From assembly GCF_006345805.1 (NCBI RefSeq), contig NC_043005.1:3472001-3536000 (forward strand): DNA of 64,000 nt. The letters are read 5' to 3'. The notes under the pieces are model-generated. The model was not told the origin of the DNA. It did not search any database and was given only the letters and a program-made list of their open reading frames with translations. Position numbers and translations under genes: made by a program. Below are positions 55,751 to 64,000 of this stretch, piece by piece (position 1 is the stretch's first letter; each line of letters starts with the position of its first letter). Origin of the DNA: Octopus sinensis (Eukaryota).

Positions 55751-56974
55751 CCCTGAAATGAAGGCTGATGCAAACATTGACCAACCTACCCAGATATTGA
55801 AATATTTCCACTCAATGATTTACCCTCATCTTTGATCTCAAAACCATTAAGGTCAAGTACTTGTAAGATGAGTGAAGGGAAGGGTCCAAGTAGGCACCAA
55901 GAAGCCCTTTAAAGGACTTGGCAGGGGTTACTGGAGAAAGAGAAAGAGAGAGAGAGAGAGAGAGAAAAGAAGAAAGAAAGAAAAGAAAAGCATATAGTAA
56001 GAAATATGCACATCCTGGGAGTAAATCATACATGTGTCTTTAAGGGGGTGGAGAAAGGGTTAGCAGTAGAAAACATTGCCTAGGGTCTTTCAGTTGACCT
56101 AGAAATTTTATAATTGTGTTTGACATCTAATTAAAAATAATTCCATTATTGTTAGCTTGAAATTAATTATTTGTTCTTTGCTGAAAGTAAAAACTACAGT
56201 ATCTCTTGAAAATCTGAAAAACATTTAATTCAGTGCTTGACACCCCCACCCACCCCCGGCCCACAGTGGAGCTGCCTTTTATTGGTTTTAGTCATTGGAC
56301 TGTGGCCATGCTGGGGCACCATCTTGAAGAATTTTTGAGTCAAATGGATTGATCCCTGTATGTTTTTTTTTAAAGCTTAGTACTTATTCCATTAGTCTTT
56401 TTTGCTGAACTGCTAAGTTATGGGAATATAAACACACCAACACCAGTTGCCAAGCATTGGTGGGGAACAAATACAGACACAAAGACACACACACATACAC
56501 ATATATATACATATGATGGGCTTCTTTCAGTTTCCATCTACCAGATCCACCCACAAGGCTTTGGTCTGCTTGAGGTTGTAGTAGAATACATTTACCCCAG
56601 ATGCCATGCCATGGGACTGAACCTGGAACTGTGTGGTTGGGAAGCAAGCTTCTTACCATGCAGTCACATCTGTGAAATTTTAAAGATTATCCCCCCCCCA
56701 CATAATAACTGTTGTAATGAATGGAATAAACAGAAGCCAATGTCATCAAGTTAATTTGGTCGAATGAAACTAACTTTGGTGATTACTGGTAACTTTTCTG
56801 TGTGGAAGCCCAATATGGTAGGACTTCCACATAGACACACTTCCAGTGGTTACCAGCAGAATGGTTAACACATCAGGCAAAATGCTTAGTGGCATTTCAT
56901 CTGTTTTTATGTTCTTCTACTCTGATCAACTTTGCCTTTCATTCTCTTTGGCTTCATAAAATAAAGGTATACTG

Positions 56975-57630
56975 ACCCCCACCAACTTTGTTTCCCGATT
57001 AACTTACAGAAAAATCAATATTGTTTTAATAAAATTTTCTACAAATACATTTCTGATTCTGCAGATTACAATTATATCAGAATTTTCATGTGAAGAAATG
57101 TTTCCAAAGGTGGAGTGAGGAGTTTCAGAAAATTCACATGAGTTAACTTTGTTTCCTCATAACTTTCAGAAAAAATGGTTATTTATTTTATGAAATTTTC
57201 TACAAATACCTTTCAGAGTGTAAATTATGGACAATTTTAGAATTTAATACGAGAATGAAAACTGGTGGATTCGTACTCATGCATACTGACACACATCACA
57301 ATATTTTTCAAAATTTCAAGTTTCATTTTGTAGATGTGTGAGCCAATAGTTTTTTCATATTAAATTTCAATATAATCATAATCTTCATGCTCTGAAAGGT
57401 ATTTGTAGAAAATTTAATTAAAAAATTCTCATTCTTTTGAAAGTTATGAGGAAACAAAGTTGGCTTGTGAATTTTTCAAAACTCTTCACCTCATCCTCAG
57501 AAAACATTTTTCACCAAAAATTCCATTGATTAGAATCTGAACCATCCAAAGTGCATTTGTAGAAAACTTTGTTAAAAAGACTATCTATTTGTCTGCAAGT
57601 TATGAGGAAGTAAATTTGGTGATAAGGGAC
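56975..57630. mobile_element. Foldback-like palindromic element with internal ~160-bp subrepeats, inserted in a SINE
   Basis: AACTTTGTTTCC...AAATTTTCTACAAATAC occurs twice in the left arm, with reverse complements twice in the right arm; SINE halves flank it at about 56850-56965 and 57645-57730. Confidence 0.75.
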
Positions 57631-58105
57631 ACGCTTGTGTAGTTATGCCAAAATAAGTACCAGTTGAGTACTGGGGTTGCTGTAATTACCTCCTCCCCCA
57701 AATTTGCTGGCTTTGTGACAAAATTTGAAACCATTTTAAAATTGGTTTTGTCGTAAGTCAACATAAAAACAAACATTTAGTCGTGGGTCCAAGTTGGGTA
57801 GGCAGCCCTCAACATTTTCCATCCAAAATGTTTTTTAACCCAATATTTACACATTTATAGATTTGTTTGCTTCAAGATAAACCATTCAAAAACCAACAAA
57901 GATCAAAAATTTATATACTCTATGTGTATGTTTGACTATATTTGTGCTTTTCAACAAAAACATATAGACAGTGATGTTGCAGTTATTACTGTCATTGGGT
58001 AGAGAGATGTATCTGAGGGGAAAAACATCATTTCAATAATATACTCATCTAACCCATGCAAGCATGGAAAAATGGATGTAAACATTGAAGGAATAACACA
58101 CATAT

Positions 58106-58830
58106 ACTGGGTGGTATCAAAAGGTTCCTAGACTAGTTTTGTTTATTAAAAAATAACTTATTTACCAAAGTTTTGACATCATCTCCTTTGAAATAGTCAC
58201 CTTGCACAGAAATACGCTGGTTCTGGTGTTCCTGACATTCTGGAATCCAGCCTAGAAGCCATTTTCCATAAGTGAGTTGAGGACCTTCTGTGATTCGCTT
58301 TGGATGTCGACAATGATGTTAAAACAGCAACCTTTGTACTGCATTTTCATCTTGGTGAAGAGATGAGAGCTTGGAGGTATTAAATTTGGTAAATAGGGTG
58401 AGTGTTGTTTTTGGTGAGAAACTCATGAGTGAGGAGAGCTCAGTGAAGAATTCAATTCTTCGTGCTCCACAGCTCTGGTCGCTTTTGTCGCTGAATGTCT
58501 GCCCTCAAACGCTTCATAATGTCACAGTAGAACTCTCCACTGGGCCCTGGTTGATAGTGGGGGGGGGGTAGGATGAATTCCCGATGCAGAATACCAGGAG
58601 CAATGCTTGTGGCAGGTTTTCCCGATCGCTCATCGTCTTCCAGGATGTTCTTCAGCTTTTAAAGCACTCATGCCACTTGAAACATTACACATGTCCCATT
58701 GCTTTGTTGCCGTAAGCTTGCTGAAGCATGTTCAATGTCTCTGTAGCAGACTTTCCAAGTTTAATACAAAACTTCACATTGGCTCTTTGTTCCAACTTCC
58801 TGTCCATCACAAAATCACAAACTACAGCAT
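58106..58830 (-). mobile_element. Decayed, internally deleted mariner transposon
   Basis: N-terminal MDRKLEQRANVKFCIKLGKSATETLNML...EDDERSGKP (ATG at 58807) and C-terminal PKMKMQYKG...QGDYFKGD, with stops and frameshifts. Confidence 0.88.
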
Positions 58831-58836
58831 ACACAC

Positions 58837-59390
58837 ATCATCATCATCACCATTGTTTAACATCCGTTTTCCATGCTAGCATGGGTTGGATGGTTCGACC
58901 AGGGATCTGGGAAGCCAGAAGGCTGCACCGGGCTCCGGTCTTATCTGGCAATGTTTCTACAGCTGGATGCCCTTCCTAACGCCAACCACTCCATGAGTGT
59001 AGTAGGTGCTTTTTACGTGCCACCTGCACTGGTGCCAGGCGAGGCTGGCATCGGCCACGGTCGGATTGGTGCATTTTACGTGCCACCTGCACGGAAGCCA
59101 GTCGAGGCGGCACTGGCTTCGGCCACGATTCGGATGGTGCTTTTTACGTGCCACTGACACGGAAGCCAGTCGAGGCGGCGCTGGCATCGGCCACGATTCG
59201 AATAGTGCTTTTTACGTATCTCCAGTCCAGGGGTCCTGGCATCTACCGGGTGCCAGTCATAGGATTGGTTCAATTTCGATTCCGATTTCACTTGCCCCAA
59301 CAGGTCTTCGCAAGCAAAGGGGGATTGGCATAGGTGCCTGTCGTCGGATGAGGTTCGATATCGACTTCGCTTGCCTCAACAGGTCTTTGT
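58837..59390 (-). mobile_element. RTE 3'-UTR-derived element
   Basis: Same 3' UTR with ~60-bp tandem units, head-to-head with 59395-60240. Confidence 0.8.
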
Positions 59391-59394
59391 GTGG

Positions 59395-60240
59395 GACATA
59401 AGAAGCATCAGTTGTGGTGTGCAAGAGAGACAACTGTGCCTGCATAATCATGTGGCAAGAATAGATGAGTATAGCTGTGTGAAAAATGCCACACCCTAGC
59501 AATTGAGGGAACCTGTGGAAGAGGTAGACCCAGGAAGACCTAGGATGAGGTGGTGAAGCATGACCTTCGAACATTAGGCTTAACTGAGGCAATGACAAGT
59601 GACCAAGACCTTTGGAAGTATGCTGTGCTTGAGAAGAACCAGCAAGCCAAGTGAGACCATAACCTTGTGGCCTATGCCAAGGGTGTAACCAGCCCACTTA
59701 TGCGTACCTTTCCTTCATTGGACACTAAACTCTGCTTGCGAAGACTTGTTGAGGCGAGTGAAATTGAAATCGAAATCAAATTCAATGACTGGCATCTATG
59801 CTAGTGGAGCACTAAGAGTACCATCCAAGCGTAATCGTTGCCAGAGCAGGTGCTGTCTTCCATGCTGGTGGCAAGTAAAAGGCACCATTCAAGTGTGATC
59901 ATTACCATCGTTGCCTTACTGGCACTTGTGCCAGTGGCACATGAAAAAATATTCCAGCAAGGTCGTTGCCAGTGCCGCTGGACTGGCTCCTGTGCGTGTG
60001 GCACGTAAAAAACACCATTTGAGTGTGGCTGTTGCCAGTACTGCCTGACTGGCCCTCATGCCGGTGGCACGTAAAAGCACCCACTACACTCTCAGAGTGG
60101 TTGGCGTTAGGAAGGGCATCCTGTTGTAGAAACTCTGCCAGATCAGATTGGAGTCTGGTGCAGCCACCTGGCTCGCCAGTCCTCAGTCAAATCATCCAAC
60201 CCATGCTAGCATGGAAAGTGGACGTTAAACAATGATGATG
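59395..60240 (+). mobile_element. 5'-truncated RTE LINE
   Basis: GRGRPRKT.DEVVKHDLRTLGLTEAM motif, RTE-type 3' UTR (GGAAGGGCATCC) and (ATG)n tail. Confidence 0.85.
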
Positions 60241-61022
60241 ATATATACACAGCAATGTACGTATACTTTGGTCTCATATATGTAAGTATATATTTATCTA
60301 AATCTTGTACGACTCTATTCTTTCTTTTATTCTTTCTTTCTTTCTAACAGTCCTTTCACACTTACTTCGTTCATTCCACTCTTCGTTCTTTCGTTCCCCC
60401 TCTCTCACATTTCCTTGCCTTCTCTTCATGCTCACTTTCCCTCCTCTTTTCATTTCACTGTGTCCCTCTCATTTTTTCTCACCCCCTCCTTATTTCTTCT
60501 GTTCCTCTGCCTCTACCTCTCTCTCTTCTCTCCCCATGTGATCGGTGTTCGGCAAAGCCTGGCCTTATCTTTTACTTGGTTTGGCCGTCATCCGTGCAAC
60601 ATCTATATTCCTCCCTGTGCCTGTGAAATCTTGTATCCCTTCTGTAAGGCTTTATTTCCACACACACACCAGCTTAATTTAATTCATCTTTAATTGAAAG
60701 ACTCCTGTTGTTATGTCCTGTTATTTGTATTTGTGTAACATTCTCTGTTTTTTCTGTCCTTGTTTTCTTATACATTTGCTGCTTTCTTTGAAGGAATCTA
60801 ATGCTCTTAGCATAGTTTTTCCTTGGGGTTGGCCAGATTGGAGCAATCTCAAGTATAACCAGCCGAAATTGCAAAGATAATCTGGAACTCGACTGAGGAT
60901 AGAAAATGCTGAATGACCCATCCTTGTTTTCTTTGTATCGTCTGTCTAGATGTTTTGCCTTCTTGTCCCATTTTGTATTTTATATATATATATGTATATA
61001 TATATATATTCATCTGGACGGT

Positions 61023-61092
61023 CGCACCGATGATCTACAGACATTTATGTAAGTAAATTTACGTAATATGTTAATAGTGAAACATGTATGCG
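61023..61092 (+). ncRNA. Minimal type-I hammerhead-ribozyme-like motif (Penelope-type), U4C variant
   Basis: CGCA-CCGATGA-T-CTA...TAG-T-GAAAC-AT-GTA-TGCG: stem I CGCA/TGCG, long stem II, palindromic stem III ACATGT. Confidence 0.55.
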
Positions 61093-61243
61093 AATAATCC
61101 ATATTTTTATTGCTTTTTCTTTTGTCTTGCTCCATTACGTTTTGGTTGTTTTGCAAAATTTTTTCTTGAGAACATTTCTTTGTGGTAAGACCATAGTGAA
61201 TCTATTTATAGCATAAGGGTGTCCACACAGTGGTTTCCCTCTA

Positions 61244-61283
<40 letters not shown>

Positions 61284-61399
61284 TATATCATATATATGCA
61301 TACTTAGAAGGTTGTTTGTTATGGTTGGTCAGAGAGTGATCACTGGTTTCAGTGCAAGGATGATGCACAAATTCTTGAAGCATTCCATATTTTTAATGT

Positions 61400-61880
61400 A
61401 TATATGTATGTATATTATGCTGCAGTGGTCACTACATGGTGCCAAACAAACACTGGAGCTTGAAGTGATCCAATGTTACTACACTAGATTGTAACAGTGC
61501 AGCAAATGATCAACTGGGAGAGGCTGAAAAAACTACAGTTTTACTCCCTGGAGTGAAGTCTGAAGATATATGTTTTAATCTAGATTTGGAAAATTCTGGA
61601 AGGGCTAGTATCTAACTGCAGCATTAAGTGGACATCATTGCATTGTACCAAAGGTACCATTCACTGCATCTTAATTCAGGACCAGGCAGTGCTATAGCTT
61701 ACAGTTCAAAGGCCCACAGATCTCCAATGCTCTACCAAAAAGAATTAAGAAAGCTAGGAGAATGTGGATGTGGATATCTTCTCCTATCTATGATACTGGA
61801 TGAAGCAACAACCCAGCATGAGGTACAGATGAGGGCAGCATTGTCAAGTTTCCTCATACACCAAATAAGCCAACAACCAA
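61400..61880 (+). mobile_element. Degenerate CR1/Jockey-group LINE 3' fragment
   Basis: WERLKKLQFYSLE...IWKILEGLV motif. Confidence 0.7.
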
Positions 61881-62184
61881 GGGGGAAAAGAAGATGCAGG
61901 AAAAGTGTTATGAAATCCCACCACCCTGAAGAAATCAGTCAAACAACAAAGATGTGGGAAACATACAAAATCAGGATGGTGCTCCAGCATGACTACAGTC
62001 ACATGGCTGAGACAAATAAAAGAAATATATATCTATATACACACATACACACACAGCAGATACACGTGTGTGCATATATATATATATATATATATTGTTG
62101 AAATTTACAGAAAAAACAAAAGACGAAGACAGTTGTATAAACAACAAGCAGTGTATAACTTTGATGCTCAGGAAGGTGATAAGT

Positions 62185-62219
62185 CTTTTACGTTTCGAGC
62201 CTATGCCCTTCAACAGAAG
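62185..62219 (-). ncRNA. Hammerhead-like motif in a Penelope-type terminal repeat, A6U variant
   Basis: CTT-CTGTTGA-A-GGGC-ATAG-GCTC-GAAAC-GTA-AAAG on the minus strand. Confidence 0.45.
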
Positions 62220-62289
62220 GGACACGAGGAAATAAACAGAAAGAGAATAAAAAAACTTGTGGAGTTAGCAGCCAATCATGGTGACTGGA

Positions 62290-62368
<79 letters not shown>

Positions 62369-62369
<1 letters not shown>

Positions 62370-62900
62370 TAGCAGCTAAGCCCGGTTTCATCTGGTTGGT
62401 TTGGATGATGTGGCTATAAAACCTGCTCTGTGTAAGCATTCGACTCGTTTGGGCATGCTTACGTTAAAAAATCAATTTTAAAATGACTTTTTTCTGTCAA
62501 AACGCTAAGAATAACTGACAACAACAACAAAAAAAAACCAACCAAGATTCAACCAAATCAAAAAATAAACCCAAATACTAAGCGAACAAAGATGAACCCT
62601 CCCACTTCCATTGCGCACGCACACACATTCACATACCACCCCCTTTTACATACAAAAACATATTCACACAGAGTTGAAACGCTCACTTCTTCCTTCCTTA
62701 TTCATCTATCATACTTTTCTTATTCATGAACACAAGAATATTATTATAGTAGATTATCTCCATAACCATGGGAGGTATGAAAAAATACAAAGCCAGATTA
62801 TTCTGCACATCTGTGTAATTTTTCACGAAATTCCACCTGGCTGTTTGACCATGAATCCCAAGACAAGAAAGAATCGCCCATGTCAGATTTATATGTAAAT
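62369..62900 (+). mobile_element. Possible non-autonomous Helitron/Helentron-like element
   Basis: Starts ACTAGCAGCTAAGCCCGG within (TA)n; DINE-like 3' region. A similar start TACTAGCTGAAGGTGACCCG occurs at about 63277. Confidence 0.45.
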
Positions 62901-62981
62901 ATGTATATATATATATATATACACACACACTTACACACACAGATAATGTGTGTGTGTGTGTGTGTGTGTGTTATATATATA

Positions 62982-63037
<56 letters not shown>

Positions 63038-64000
63038 TATGCACACACAAATACATGTGTGTGTATACACACACACATACATACATGTATGTATACATAT
63101 AATATGCATATATAGAGAAATATAGATATGTTAAGAAAATAGAAATGTGTATGTATAAACAGCAACACAGTAGACTGAAAAAGAGAAAGTCCCTGGCACA
63201 GCATTATATACTTGAAAAAGGAATAGAATGGTTTTTCTGATAATTTTTCCACTTTAATAATTTGATGTTTATAAGATACTAGCTGAAGGTGACCCGCTCA
63301 ACGCGCAGGTAAGAGTGTGGTTGTTACTTTCTGTTGCTTCCTTTCAGCACGTAAAAAGCACCATCCGAACGTGGCCGATTGCAGCGCCGCCTTGACTTGC
63401 TTCTGTGCCGGTGGCATGTAAAAAGCACCAACCGATCGTTGCCGCTGCAAGCCCCCCTGGCACCTGTGCCGGCGGCACGAAAAAAGCACCCACTACACTC
63501 ACAGAGTGGTTGGCATTAGGAAGGTCATCCACCTGTAGAAACACTGCCAGATCAGACTGGAGCCTGGTGCAGCCTCCTGGCTTTCCAGACCCCGGTCAAA
63601 CTGTGCAACCCGTGCTAGCACAGAAAACGGACGTTAAACGATGATGAGGATGATGATTCTCCGTCTTTGTTTCTCTCTCCTTTCTCTCTCACTTTCCCAC
63701 TCTCTTACTTTTCTTTTCTCTCGGACTCTCCCTCGCATTCTCTTACTCGCTATCTTTATCTATCTCTCTCCCATTTATAAACAACAGAAGATCTTGAGTA
63801 AGTTGAGAAATATAATATTTAGAAAGATCAATCATAAATATCAGGCAGTGGCAACGGAAAGGTCTGCTTCAAAACGCTAACATTTAAAAGGGACAGACAA
63901 ACTTGCGAGCTGAATAAAAATAATAAAATATTGGAAACCAAAGTTTGAAGGGATAGAATCTGAGGATAGTAGAGTCACCATGGCTGGCATTTCTTAATGA

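Noticed and set aside
55750-64000. Signal-peptide exon of the metalloprotease
   Set aside because: No ATG + hydrophobic leader + phase-1 donor was found on the minus strand. It probably lies beyond the window, though I may have missed it.

Overview
AT-rich, repeat-dense eukaryotic DNA. The SINE/LINE repertoire resembles an octopod cephalopod (inference). The main feature is a minus-strand gene that I reconstructed by hand as 17 GT-AG exons with consistent intron phases (55168 down to 12218, about 648 codons). Its first, signal-peptide exon was not found and may lie beyond the window. It encodes an ADAM/ADAMTS-like M12B metalloprotease: prodomain, catalytic domain with an atypical zinc motif (HELAHNLGVVDHDG) and Met-turn, an ADAMTS-type Cys-rich module, and three tandem 6-Cys PLAC-like modules. 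No TSP1 repeat or transmembrane segment is seen. A candidate convergent plus-strand transcript (promoter/Inr near 6.87 kb, two short non-coding exons) may encode a 68-aa secreted Cys-containing peptide (8452-8658), followed by a degenerate ~40-bp minisatellite. Introns hold tRNA-derived SINEs, RTE and CR1-like LINE fragments, a cluster of R4/Dong-type elements in (TAA)n tracts, a decayed mariner, several MITE/foldback elements, Penelope-type minimal hammerhead-like motifs and local tandem duplications. Most ORFs in the supplied track are microsatellite or repeat artefacts.
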